From contig NMRA01000499.1 in assembly GCA_002633005.1 (NCBI GenBank), forward strand, positions 124,001 to 188,000: a stretch of 64,000 nt of DNA, written 5' to 3'. Shown piece by piece: positions 1 through 14,500 of the stretch (its first letter is position 1; every line of letters begins with the position of its first letter). The position numbers were made by a program, and so were the translations under genes. Origin of the DNA: Phoronis australis (taxonomy: Eukaryota > Animalia > Phoronida). Under the pieces are notes generated by a model that was not told the DNA's origin, made no database searches, and saw only the letters and a list, made by a program, of their open reading frames with translations.

Positions 1-885
1 TTCGCATGAGCTTGGGTGAGATCACGCAAATCCTCAGGAGATATCGCCATTAATTACAAGCGAAGCACATGGTCGTACTAGCCTTCCTTACTTAGCGGGT
101 CCCTGAATAGAGCTGTCCGCATGCCATGACGTTTCGAAAGTAGTTCTTGGGGCTCTTGAAGCTACAAGGCAACACCCAAGGTTTCTATGCATATCGTCCA
201 ATTGTTTTATGGTGAGCCTCAATCAGGAGAAACGTTGCTCAACAGGCGTCCAAAATTTACCTGAAATACCTGGGCCTAGCATACAATATCCGAGCTCAGA
301 CTCAGACTCGACAATTTTACCAGACGAGTCGGGGCAAAAATTTTAGTCGAGTTTCGAGGACAGCGGCTAGACCCCGGATATTGGACAAACCCTCGGGAAT
401 CGCTGCAGCATTTTTAGAGAGTGCTCAAGTCGCAAAATCTAGTTTTCACTGGAATTAATTTTAAAATACCCCAGGGTTACATAAATTGTTTACTTACGGC
501 GTCACTGCCAGGTATGTACATGTACACAGGTACAGCGAGTTAGTCCAGAGAAATATTTTAGTGGAATATTCCAACAGTTGAATGTCTTTGATCAGATATT
601 CCCCATTTATAACTCGAGTAAAGAACTGGTGCTTTTACCCGGCTTTGTAGCCCACTCTACCATGGTGTGTGTGTAGTTTGTTTTCTACATAAAACAAGGT
701 TAGTAATAATTCTTTTCGTTCAGTTTTGGTTGTTTGAAAATGCGGATGTCGATCTGAATCAGAGGCATAAATTTGTGTGCTTATGATGGCACATAAAAGC
801 GATTGGGCTTGTAGTTACTAGTTTAATGCATCATTTGTGTCTCATAACCAGACGTAACGCAGTGGTATTTTTTTTAAATTTACAG

Positions 886-3800
886 TTTTGCCGACAACTT
901 CCAGGAGCTCGAATATCATGTACATCATAAGAGAGGGAACTGGGAGGGCGTGCCTGAAGCGGAGATAGAAGAGCACAGACATCGCGTCCGCCGGTCAGTG
1001 ATGACCAACGACGACCTCGTTGCGAAGCTAACTGGTTCAATCTTTGAGCCGAATCAGCATCTCTCATTGAAGACCAACTGGAATTCTCAATGGGGTATAG
1101 TCGATAAGCACGTGAGGATCGACTCTTCGGAGACCCAAGCTACATTTTATAACAACGAAGCTTTGGGGATTCCCGGTCAGGCAAAGTACTCGCCCAAAAA
1201 TGCCAATAACTGGTGGGACATCTTCTGCAAGCAATGTTACGCATCTCTAGAAGCTGATATTTCCGCGTGAGTTATGGTTTGATGTTGGCATATAAATATG
1301 TACATTTAAAGTCACAGACCAAAAGCCCTTAAAGGGGTTGTCCGTTTGTGACAAGATCATTCATTAGAGAGATAACAGTGTGTGCCTTTAACAACAATTT
1401 GCCGACCATGCCAATAAAGTTTTTCTTTTAACATAACACTATACTATTCACGTTACGGTATCGTTCCTACATAACTGTGTTAATATTCCATAGGAAATAC
1501 AAAGCATATTCAACGGAGTATTATCCGTACACGGATACTTCTGATCTCCTACGTAAATTATAACTGAGCAGAAATATGTTTAATTTCATAAAGAACAGAT
1601 GCTTTTATAAGCCTGAAGTGCAATGTGCTGACATCAGCATTTTCATGAGCATATTTAGCTGTACATCCACACAGGAAATTTAGGAGGATGCTTTAATTAT
1701 TCTCCAATTATTTTCCAGAAAAATGAAAATCGTAAAGCAGGAGATAAAAGAATTTGAAGTCAAGGTAATATTCACGAATAAAGTTGACGAAATTTAGCGC
1801 ATGCGCGTATGTAGCGTATTCAATACAGTCATGCGTAAACGTGACTCACCAGTCAATCAATTTAGATGTTTAGTGATGTCGTCATTTGGTCCCAAAAATA
1901 GGAATATAAGTCGACACTCATATCATATTTTTCAAACTTTTGTTGGCCTTTGATTTTTCCGGCTCGGGTAAGCACGACGAGAATTTAGCAATTGGAAGTT
2001 TTGCAAAATTGAAGAAACTCTCCACTATTCCTACGTCCTTAATGTGCAAAGTATCCACACTTTGTGCACTAACTTGGGATATTGGGATCAACTCTTTAAG
2101 AATTATTTATTCAACCTGCCAGAACCTAGGCTTGCCCACGTAATCACATTACAGGAAGCGAACACAGGCTGACACAGTGCAGGATTGCCTCTTCCGGAGG
2201 GTGTTCAGAGCCATGACAAGCCCAGTAGCCGATTAAGGGGGGGCCAGGGGGGCCATGCCCCCCCCTTAAGATTATTCCAGATTCCATTTGGCAATTCGGG
2301 GGTGCGAATGTCTTACGGGCAAAATTCTGGCTAATGCTCTGCCCTTCCCTCTTCCCTAACTCAAAATCCTGGATCCGCCCCTGAAGCCAAAGCTAAAATT
2401 GAACTTTCTTATTAAAGGTTAACGGCACCTTCAGTATGAAGAGGGAATTTGAAATACATACCAAGGGAGACAATTCTAATGTCCTGGAGACCCTGATCAG
2501 CACGTCGAAGGGAACGATCGAAGTACCTGTGTTAGTGTTCAATGATGCTCTGAAGAAAGACGTCACGATGCAACTAAAGTATGACTTCTCCCAATACGCG
2601 AACATGATAGTGAAATTCGAAGCGGTTGACTCCAACTTCAAATTCGACATCCTCGAAGAAGGAATCCTGAGCATGAGTACGTTGATATCAACTTAATTAT
2701 CAGGAGTTCACAATAAATAATTAGAGATCGAAACAGACATAAGAGTGTTGTAATCAATTGCTTACAGTGTCTCGCCTAACGAAGTTGATATCCCATGGCA
2801 ATGAACAAGACTACTAGACAAGTATGTATAGTATCATAAATATTAGGTAACTTTTATGATGCGCTGAGACAAGTTAACAATATGTCTTTTTCAAAAATCC
2901 AAGAGAGTTCGTTATCTTTCTGTTTTGTTTGTCCACTTATCTATCGTTCCATCGATATATCGTAATCAAGGAGATGTGCGTTTTAAGCGTTCTCGCGCCA
3001 ATCCGACGGTAGCCTTCAGATGAGTCACGACTATCAACAAGTCAAGTCTGAAGTTGCTGATCCAGTGTACAAATTCGAAGCTGTTCTGGAGAAAGGAAAG
3101 GCACAGTTCAAAACCAAGGTAGGGTTTCTTTAATTTAACAACACGTGGTGCATAAAACACACCTTAAAAACTGTTGAACAACAAAAGCAATCCGCAGGAC
3201 AATATTGCTGGGTTGAAGAAAATATATAGTTTATGCAAGTGAAATAAAAGTCAAATATAAACCACTTTATCTTGAAATGTAAATCATTAGTCATCCAAGA
3301 AACTCATAAATCAAAGAAAATTTTAGTCTGTTCAACTGAACTACGGTAATTTCAAAAATCCTCAAGCCCTCGGGAGCGTCTCACTCCCTTCTTGAAGAGT
3401 GGTGGAATAATTAGAATGGCGGGACTGATGGAGCTATTCGCTGTGAGGTCGCGTTATACGATCGATACTAACGTTCCAAGAAACAGACGAGCAAATGTTC
3501 TACTTCGGTGTCTATTGAGTGACGGAGTCAATGCCACAATGGATTAGTATTCTGATTAGAACATTGAACAGGTTATTATTTGAAATGATTTATTCTTACT
3601 AAAATGGCATAGACAATAAAAATTGCGTGGTTTTGAGTTGTGTAGATCTTAAGAATATCGCTTTCCAAGCAGCTGCTACTTTATAAAAGTTAGAATTTTT
3701 ACATATTAAGTCCTAAAATTAGTGTTAGGTGTATGCATAATTGGACTCTAGGTTGCAAAAACTGAGTTGACCAATAAAATGGAATAAGGGACACTGTCGG

Positions 3801-6800
3801 TTTTACGGCCGGAAATGCATTTTTGTGAATACTGTTGCATGGGACACACTGCTTGAAGAAATTGCCTTTGACTAAAAGTTAAAGAAAAAGTTTTTGTTTT
3901 TGCCAGTGCTTTACCAGTTAATACGGTCAAATATACCAGTCATAGAATAGGAAGTAACTCCGCCACCAGAGCATTAGATGTATGCGCTGAGGCTGATCTC
4001 GGAAAATTTCGTTTCCTAACGATAATGCCTATTTAATTCATATCTAGTTTTCAGCATCTCAGTAATCTGTTCTGCACGTCACAGATATCATTTACGAAGA
4101 TTTAACCTGCTTTAAAGAATTCTTCAATATAAAAAATATTTGCCTTCGACGGCGTGTAATTCATGCGTATTGTCTTGGCCTTTCGTAAACGTTCGAACTC
4201 AAACGACATTTAAAACGCCACTACAAAGGTAATATACATGTACCAAGGAGTTGTCGCATGGCAAATAAACAGTACATCAATGTGGTTATGAATCTTCTAT
4301 AATGTCAAACATCCACTTGGTCCTTCGTTTTTATCTCCTCGGTCACTTTCGTTATGGACTGTTTGCTTTGCGAAGCCTATGTAATAAAGGATGTGTTTGT
4401 ACTGACGTCCATTAGAACGGGGTACTTAGCGGTGCCGAGGGCCGTTGTTTGCTCTGGATTGTTTGTTTTAGCACTGAGCCAAAAAGATCCCTAAAACCAA
4501 CTCCGCTTTACTCCGTGTAGTTAAAACTGGGCGAATCGCGAAGAAAACATTCAAAATGAACTCACTCAGAGCAAGATCGTGAGATTTTGCGCAAAAATAA
4601 TAGAGAAAGCGGTTTGTAAACAGAATGCGTAAGATTTAACAAATACAATCGCAAATAAATAATTCAGTTGACTTACATAACGCAATAATCAACTAAGTAG
4701 AAGACGATATGAAGAAGCCGAGAAAATTACGCAGAAACACGGGAAGTCACGCAGAGATACACGTGCTGCACGTAATACACGTATAGGCACATCCTGAAAT
4801 CTATCTACGCTATCCAACGACCGAGATGTCTACCCGTTGGTCAGTGCTTTAAATCAGGATGGTAACTCCAGTCTTGTCTTCGTTTCAGTAGGTCTAGCAA
4901 GTCTGTGTGGATGTACTGACAGTCCTCGTTTTTACTAAGATTAGATTATATGTACTCTCGTCACTCTCATGTCATCTTGTTGGTGTATCTTGATTCGAGG
5001 ACATGCGCATTTATTTTCGCCGTTAGGATCGCTAGGAATCTTGGTGTGTTACAGTTGCCAATGTTCAGGCGTATTTGCTATGGACTGTAGTTGTTTGACG
5101 TTAGTTTTTGGAAAATTGAAGGTAGATATGTTAAAGACAGTTGTCGAGTGCTGGTGTAACTAAACTGATAATGACCTTTAAAATCAAACTTAAGCATGCA
5201 GAGTTGTTTTGTTTCTTTTGAAGACTTGTTTGCGGTGGAAATGACGTTAAATTTTCAAATTTGTGTGAAGTTGCGAGTCTGTGTCGGTGAAAGCTGACGA
5301 CTCACCAATGTATACCAGTTTCGGGTTAACTTACGGTTAAATTGAAATCTCACCATTACTTTGCGCCGATTCATAACATAATTCCATCTCACTTCAATAT
5401 CGTTGTCGTCGGTGACGATATGCGGTAGTCCTTCCATTAGGTTGACGTTTTGAACTCGTGTGTTCATTCACTTTTGAGCAGTATATCTAGTAATTGTTTT
5501 TAGGAACCTGGTGACAACTGCGTAATAAAGATGAAAACCCATATTCTTAATGGGTATACATTCCTCTACGGGTTGTGCAGTGTTCAAATCCTAGTGCGCT
5601 GTGCTGCAATTTTGCAGTTTTATTGTAACAGCTCAAATTTTATACTTCATGTTCGTTCCTCGGGCGCGGCAAAAGGTATTGGAACTCATGCCGATATCCA
5701 CCACTCGATTTTTCGTACCCGGTGATTACGTTTGGACAGACGTAACATTCCTAACTACTCCATGAGTACCTCAGTATTTTTGTCGATTAAAATTTGGGAT
5801 ATCCACCATTTTAGAGAGTCGGCACAAAAACACCAGTTACAGCATGCGCGCAGCCAGCTTCACGATGGGAGCAGTCGAATTTCAAAACCGAAAGCATCGT
5901 CACTGGCATAATGTGAACCAAAATCCTCGTCTTCAATATGAACAACACTCCAGATACAGTTATGAAACTTTTACTGATATCAAAGTTCGAATACGTACTA
6001 CATACAATAGTTGTAATCGTAATTAATGAAGGTTTCGATCTATTAGCAGGCTCTTAATGTTGACTGACTACAGGAATTCAAGTCATAGAAGAGAGGGCGC
6101 TTTTTCTCAAATACAATTCCGACCAGCTCTAATTTCTCGGTGCCTTCTTGGAAAACACCGTGACGACTACATCTAAGCTGGCAAACTTTTTTCCCAGGGT
6201 GCACAGGCAGAAGTGCTCATGAGAATCATCTCAACTTGATGAATCCGCCGATGACATACTGCGATTCTGAGATGCTTGCTCGATATCCACTGGCCTGTGT
6301 GCAAGACCAATTCTGAGTACCCCGGCCCGTGCTCAGTGTTATTATCCAGGAAGGTCCATGTATTTCTTAATATTCTGCGGATTCTAGTAGTTTCACATAC
6401 ACGGTTAGATGGCGACCGGAAAGACTTTGTGTGTCCAAGCCCTCAATTATTAATTCACCAATACAATTTTGATTGCGTTAGTTTTTTGTGTTCCCTTTTG
6501 CCGATTTGTTTTAAAACTTTAATAATCGTCGTTTCGTTGTAGTTGGATATGGAATTGGTCATCAACTGGGGTGACCAAGAGCGCGAGGCTCCTGGAAAAG
6601 GCAAAGTTTATCTATTTAACCTCGCAACCGACATGAAATACAACATAGAGTGAGTACTTATTGTTCACGAAGTACCGTTGTACATGTAAGTGGACATGAA
6701 GGTGTTTAAAAGGGTTTTTGGTCTGAGGGGTGTCACAGGGGCTGTGTGGATCAGAGCCAAGACACCTCCCTGAAAAGACTCAGCGGAGTCAGATTTAAGT

Positions 6801-9800
6801 TGTCTGACTCTTAGTCGTGAGCCCCGAAATTGTTGTCTAAGATGCAGGAATAATTCAGTCACCATTCTACCTGTCCCCAGTAGATGGAGCTAACCAGTTC
6901 CGCATTATCAGTTGGGGAGAAATATTCCAGTGTTAAAGAAGTGTTTTGCTGTAGTACATAAAATTTGCTTTAAGGGCTTCGACCACAGTTTGAATTTATA
7001 GTTGAATTTGTCTCTTAATTTTCGAAAAATGTATTTTCGGTCTTTGTCTACCACAAACTTGCAAAAGAAATGATTTCCGTCTAGTGGTTAATGAGTTTCA
7101 ATATGGAGCGACCATTTCGAAAGTCAGCTCTTGTCAGCAGTGCTCAGCAGGCTGGAAGCCACAGTGTATATAGATTTGGATGGTCACTTTAATCATAATT
7201 ATCATATCGTTATGTATGGCATGCAGTACCTTGTGCAACCAAGTGCTACTCGTTGCACAAATAATCCCGTTCACGGTTGGCACAAAATCATTCACTATCA
7301 CATTCGAAATTCCAATTTCATTTTTCAGACTATCCCAGACGGTTGATTTCTCCACCTATATTCTCGGTTACGGTTCCGTCTGTGTGCGACCCACTCACGA
7401 CTTATGGTTATCGTCTGATGTTTCTCAATCGTCGCTGGAGTATAAAGTACTGGGGAAGATTTTCTGGTAAGACGAAAACAATGTCTCCGTTCCGTGACAG
7501 TGACTTCTCATAACATGGTTTTTATATAACGCCATCAAGAATTATTGTAAAATAAGTGGCGTTTACCACTAATTGATTGAAAATCTGGCTTACAATAGCT
7601 AGCTGTTTACCTTTAAACTAGTAAGCAAACATCTATACATCCATGAAGGCCTTTATTTGAAACATACTGAAGTACCAAATGGCCTGATTACCAGGACATC
7701 ATTTAACAAAGTATTGAATTCAACTGAGATTCATGTTACCCTTACATCTCGTTGATTTGAGTCCTTCGTTTCACGCCGTCGTCCATACGTCGCCGTCTTT
7801 ATTTCAGGAACGATAGACTCTACCCGGCTTTAAAAACGAGCAATGAAATACGAGGAGAGACAGAGTTCACTTTATGCCAAGACTCGGAAGCTGCAACGTC
7901 TTGTTGTTTTGTACAACTGACGGGAGAAGCGGAGCTGAATGCTGGCCAGTCACTCGAGCAGGCCTGCGAGCCAATTATCAGAGCTGTATCTCGGGATATG
8001 AATGAATTTTATACGTAAGTAACTACTGACGAGTAGACTGCAACTAAATAACTAAACAGTGGTCAGACTAAAATCTACTGTACGCATGTGGCGCGGATGT
8101 TCATGTTTTCAAATTAATGTTTTTTCCATAAACTAGGTAACGATAAAGCAAGATTAAAAAGACCACGCAAAATCAGATAATTGCAACCTAGCGAAATGGG
8201 GCCCACTGATATGATTACTCAGTGAGACCGTAATGTTTAATTACCTAAGTGAATTCACAAATTATGGGAGACAATTCGATCATCACCCTTTCTGCTTCTG
8301 TTTCCGTTGCACAAGCGACGATTTTACCGCAAGTGCATGCAGTAGCGTGCAGAGGCTTGGTGACGCCCGGGGATATTTTTTATTGGATGCCCCTTTTTCT
8401 ACTCAAATGCATGGATCCTATTACTAATGAAAGTAAAAAAGATGAAACAAAATAGAAACTTTATTCAATTTAACTACAAATCAGTCACAGTTTCAAAAGG
8501 TTTATTTATAGTGATTCGGTGGATGCCCCCGATGTGTATGCCCGGTGCCGTCGCCTCCATCACCTTCACCATCGTCATCATCATTATCACCACCTTGATC
8601 GTCACCAGCCCCATCATTACCATCATCATAAACATCACCATCTTCACCACCAACACTATAATCAAATCCATCACCATTGTCATCATCATCATCATGTTTT
8701 GTAAACTTCCGGCCCTCTAGAATTTCACACGCGCGCATGACTGCGTCTACGTCACAACTAGTTCCCTTATTTCAGATCATGATTGAACGATTTTAATGAA
8801 AACTTTTCCGTTTCCAGAAATATGATTCAGCTGAAATCGAACTCGATCTTGTTCAAAAACGAGGAGCATACCCTGCAATGGTGCGGCTCGATGAACTATC
8901 CGTGTTCCGATTGTCGAAAGGATGTCGCTGGGTATACGAAGCCCGCCATTTGTGCTGATAGACATATGTCTCTAGATATGTCGGAGAGCATAAGGTCGCT
9001 AGCTGAACTAGTGAAAAAAACGTACCCTAAACGTGAGTTAAGTCACCATTTAGTGTATGTATCGAGTCATCTGTCAAAGCTTTGAAATCCCTGTGCTCTC
9101 GTGTCTGTATTTCACAGAAGAATTATTTATAATTCTAATTTATCATCGAACAGACTCCAAACCTCCCACGACCGACCTCGGTAAATTAGTCTACCGAACT
9201 TTGTGGGATACGATACGTTCAAAATTTCTATCAGTGAAATAAAAGGACTCGTTTGTTTATAAGTTCAGTGTAGTTGTAAAGGTTTTACATCGAATTTTGA
9301 TGATTTATCGGTGTAGAACCAGGAATTCAAGCGATAAGCTGACACCAGTAAGCGTGTTGTGAACTGCTGAACAGACTGTGTTGGAATCCGGTACGTCATT
9401 AGTTAATTTCAGCATCTCCGTCTGCCGTCTGGTGTCCGGTAAAAGCACTCAACCAAGGAGTGTACTGCACTCCCTGACTGAACTTGCTGTTATCGCGTGC
9501 AACTGCACTATCAAAATTGATAAAAGTACGTCGCTTTGGTGGCATTCTTCTTTTAGTGCCCCCCTTGTGCACACGGAGGCTAGACGACATTACATTCTGA
9601 ACACACGTGCTTTCGTGTAGCTCATAGTTCTCTGCTTTCATAAAATCCTTCAGTATGGTATTTTCAAAACAGAAACAGGAAGTGAAAAATATGAAAGACG
9701 TCCTTGATTTCGTATTTTATAGGAAAGCTCATGGTTATCAACGCCTTTGACGAACCGACACAGTTACACCCCATCGAAGGAACTAATTGGGGAAAATTTA

Positions 9801-11508
9801 GATTTGATTCCGTCCACAAAGAAGGTCGTGGCGCCCAGATAGCAATTTCTAGGGAGCTGACTGACGACGAAATGAACTACGATTTCACAACAATGCCGAG
9901 TGAAGATCTTGATCCAAATTTAATGCGTAAATTGGGTCAGATGGCTGTTATGGCGGAATTCGACTACGTGAAGATTCACAGTAGCAATGTGCACGTTTGC
10001 GTGAAACGTGGGTCGTGGGGCAAGGGAACGGCTAGCGCGAATTCGCATTTCGCGCAGCTCGTAAACTCAAGTAAGTTTTTAAATTGCCCTGTGCTAATTA
10101 ATGTTTGTGTTTCGTTTATCTGGAGGCACAACCTGCACACAGGAATTAAAAGTTATCAAATCCTTTTGTTAGAAATTCTGTCTTGGTCCCGCAGTATTGA
10201 AAAACGGTCGCGCTGTTTGGCCACCCAACAACAATAAGGTTTGGAGTACGAATGAGTCTGTTCCAACATAAAATTACACACCATATATAGTTTAGAATGG
10301 ACGACTTTAATGAGCAAACGACAAGTAACATATTCGACTATCTGCAGGGTTGGATGTGGATTGCCACACTCATGCACAGGTATTGCAGCGCTTCATGTCA
10401 TGTTGTAGCCTAAGGATTTTCCAGTGGTACATTGTTTACGTCTTGTAGCCAGGATATATGTTAGTAATTAGCATGCACTCAGTCTACCAGTCTTTAGAAA
10501 ATAACTTTTCAGTCATGTGACAAGTCAGCTGATCACCTGGCAATTGTGCTCGTTTGGTCGAACATCGACCAACGTCGATTGTGCGTTGGCAAGTGATGAA
10601 CTATGTTAATAGTAACGTATGAGCAGTGTGGTTCGTGTAGCCTGAGTTCCGTCGAGGCAAGAACCTCGCGAAGGGAGTTGGTGTGAACATTTTCATCGCC
10701 TGTAATACATAGCGATTTCTCGCAAACTCTCAAGTGATCTTGATTATCCGCGAACTAAAGTTCTTTCGTTTACGGAACGTACGTCTGATATTAATCTTCT
10801 CACGGAACAAATTCTCCAAAATTGCAGCCTATGCGGATGGCATTTCGCTGGCGGAGTGTAACAAGTTTGCCAAACTCTTTCCCCAACTTCTTCGTGGAAT
10901 GCAGCGGCCCAAAGGCAAGAATATGGACGAGGCCTGCGGAAAAATCGGCATACCTATCACGCGCTACCACAAGAGACAATTTGCGGGGTAAGATTTTAGA
11001 CACATAGACGATTTTTATGCGCTCACATATTTATATGCCGACTCTTTGTGCTTTTGATCATGCATATTGTGAATCTCAAACAACACGCAGTGGGTATACG
11101 AACACAGGCGTATTAGGCGGGGGCAGGGTTGGGGTCAAAAATAAGAAGAATTGGGGTAAAACAGTAACAAATTTGGTTAGCAAATCATCCAATGGAGAAA
11201 TACGGGAAAGACATATAAGATGGAAGGCCGGTAGAAACTGTTGGCCACTGGGACGGGGGTAAATTGCTAGCAGCCTGGGGGAATTGTCGTTGAAATTCTC
11301 CTGTGCTTATATTCGGCAAAAGCTATATCATATGCTCCCCAGATCAGCCAACTGTTGATTCGTCTATGTAAACGAAACCTTAAACAAGGTTGAAAAGTGT
11401 TCGTGACAATATCAATGTCGTCCTTAATTCTAGGGGTGGAAACGATTCCATGGTCGCACCTCTAAGTCACAGTTACCATTCCTGTTCTCCGGGAGTGGGG
11501 TTTGGTCC

Positions 11509-11541
<33 letters not shown>

Positions 11542-14500
11542 ATGTGCGTGTGCGTGTGTGTGTGTGTCGAGTTTTGGGGTGCGAGTCCAGGGATTTTTAT
11601 GACGGATTTGGTGTTTGCAGATTCGAGATTGGGACTTAAGAAGATCGTAGCGTAGCAATAGAATGGTATCCACAATCTGTACTTGAATCAATTTATTCTA
11701 AATTTGCGTGCGTCATTTCTTTTTATTAGGCTCTGTTATTACAACTATAATGACGTCGAGTTCCGAAATCCTAAACGTAACGACGCTTGGTGCGGCATGC
11801 CAGGAAGGTCTTGTATAGACTGTCGAGTAAATAACGAATCTACTGTGCCCCCGGCGAAGAGGTGTAGAGATCGAGTGATGACTTGCAGGACAATGTATAG
11901 GTAATAATATGTGAACATTTTCTTGTTGTGTTCTTCTGTTGGTTCTTGACTGTAGTTGGCGAGCTGGTCGTAAGCCGAGAGCGTTGACTGAGTTAATCGG
12001 CTTAGCGCTTAGCTCACCTGGCCAGCATACTGTGAAGATTTACCCACGCCCTGTGAAAGTCAAGTCACCAAATGATACATTAGCTAAAAGATCTGTATTC
12101 TTAGCTTAATACCTATAGCTCTATCTATAAAGAGATACATACATACATGCATACATACATAAATACGTACATAACGTAGAAAATATATCTGAAACTAAAC
12201 AAGGCGATCCAGATCCTCCCAAGGATACTATTGTTTCATGAAACGTAGAAAATAAATCGGTAAATAAAACAACAAGAATGGATCAACTGAAATTTGAAAT
12301 TTTCGGATGTAATAACTTCATTTGTCAACAAAAACAGAAATAAAGTAAAATCAAACACAAAATGACAATTGACATATAAGATATGGTGTAATGAATATGA
12401 TACATTTTTGCGTAAAAAATTCAATGACATATTATAAAACATATAAAATATGTCATTGAATTTTTTACGCAAAAATGTATCATATTCGTTACACCATATC
12501 TTATATGTCAATTGTCATTTTGTGTTTTTGTTGACAAAGGAAGTTGTTACCTCCGAAAATTTCAAATTTCAGTTGATCCATTCTTGTTGTTTTATTTACC
12601 GATTTATATTCTTCATTTCACGAAACAATAGTATCCTTGGGAGGATCTGGATCGCCTTATTTAGTTTCAGATATATTTTCTACGTTATATACATACATGT
12701 ATGCATGTAAACATGTATGCATGCCTGTATTCATACGCATATGCAATCGCATCATGGTCCCTTGCGAGTGAAAATTCATTTACCAGCCAGCTGTTCAGTT
12801 ATCGAGGCCTTAGCGTTACTGACAGTAACGCTAAGGCCTCGATAAAAAGCATGACTTTGCGAGATTACTTGATATACTGCCGTGTAATTTATATGAGAAC
12901 AAGTGATTTTGTCTAGATTTTAACGTAGGTCCTAGTGTTACTGAACTTTACCCTGATGTGTGTAAATTCTCACAGCATGCAGCTGGGTTGAGTTGAGTGC
13001 TTGAAATTCCATGGCTAATTGAAATTAATAGGGCCGTCCCGGATTACACGTCGGTAGAACTCTCCTTTGTCCCGGAGTTAAGAAAGCGCGTTTTGGAAAT
13101 CAGGCACATTTTCGTGTCTCTCATTGGTATCAAGAATTTCACACCCAGCATCCACGGGTATTTGTTCAGTTAATCAGCCTTTCTCACATCGGAGTTGCAG
13201 CCCACAGCGCATTGGCACTGGAAGGACGAATAGAGCAATGCCATCCGAGAAAAACTTTGTAAAAAATCAGACAACAAATAATATGCCAGATCCAATGGCA
13301 CAAAAACGAGGTAACAAATGTGCCTGACGGATGTTTACTGCATTGTGGGTAATTACAGGGAGATTTGAGTGTCTCCGTGTAATCCGGGACGGCCCTATTA
13401 TTTTGCACCACAGGACAACTACAAATCTCTCTGCTGGCTCGTTGTGATAGTACTGAGAAGAACAATAAGATTGAAGCTGCTTTGTGTGCAAACAGTATTG
13501 ACACAGTTAAAAATTTATGTTGGAAAGTTCTCGAATAAACGCTAACCTAGCTCATGCTTTCGCCAACTTGAACTTAAAGTTACGCGTTTTCCAGATTACG
13601 AAGATTGGCCAAACTTGTGCAGGAAAAATGGGGAGACAATAACAAGCTAATCGTGGAGCTTTCATGGGACGAGCCTACGGAAACAGCAGGCTTCAAATGG
13701 GGAACGTGGAAAATTGAGACTTCACACCATCGCGTGGCGCAGTAAGTACTAGTCAATGAGACGCCATTCATTTTACTGCATCAGAGTTTGGATGAAATAA
13801 CACGTGTTATCCCTGTAATACCTGTCACGGACAGGATCATTAGGGACATGGCGGTACATTAATACCATCCCCAGACCATCCCCCCGACAGCAGATCGAAG
13901 GCGTAGAAATCCAGGGCTGGTGTTTCCTGTAAGCATCTGGTTCGACGACACACGGGTAAAGCTTTTAACAGAACGAGCATTATGGGAATGTGTCGTAATT
14001 TACCGCATTTTTTCAACAAATGCTGCTGTTTGGAAACATTGTCATTACTCAGTTACGCCTTAAAACTTGGACATTTCAACAAAATCAAGGTCTCGATCAT
14101 TATTTCATTAACAAAATAACACTAAATCGTGGTCTTGATTTTTTACGACTGGGTTTTTAGCCCAAATATGTCTTGTTAATTTTCCAGACACTAGATTGTA
14201 CCTAATAGTATACAGAGATAGACTTTTCAAGTTTCTTGTGAAATTTGTCACGTACATGGCAGCAGCGACCAGCCCGCGCAGAACTTGCGAAAATTCAATT
14301 TCTTAAAGAACAAAATGCAATCACACAACTATAAATGTCAAGGTGTTATTTCTGTGCGCACAATAGGTTTCTGTGATCACCAAAGATTTGAACTTTTTGG
14401 TTTCATGGGTTGACGAGTTGTATTTTAAAAGATACTTAAGGAAGTTTGACCCATGGTAGCGAAGGCATCAAATTACCTTGAGTAAAATGAACGAACACCC

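Noticed and set aside
5503-5725. Possible extra exon (EPGDNCVIKMKTHILNG...) of the Hedge-domain gene
   Set aside because: No convincing phase-compatible donor, and exon 2988-3118 joins 6543-6649 cleanly without it.
8427-8738. His-rich, Asp/Gly-rich and Met-rich ORFs
   Set aside because: All are readings of one degenerate trinucleotide microsatellite inside an intron whose flanking exons already join in phase.
12236-12710. Two near-identical ORFs on opposite strands
   Set aside because: Artefact of the palindrome; the same applies to the ORF pair at 56265-56644.
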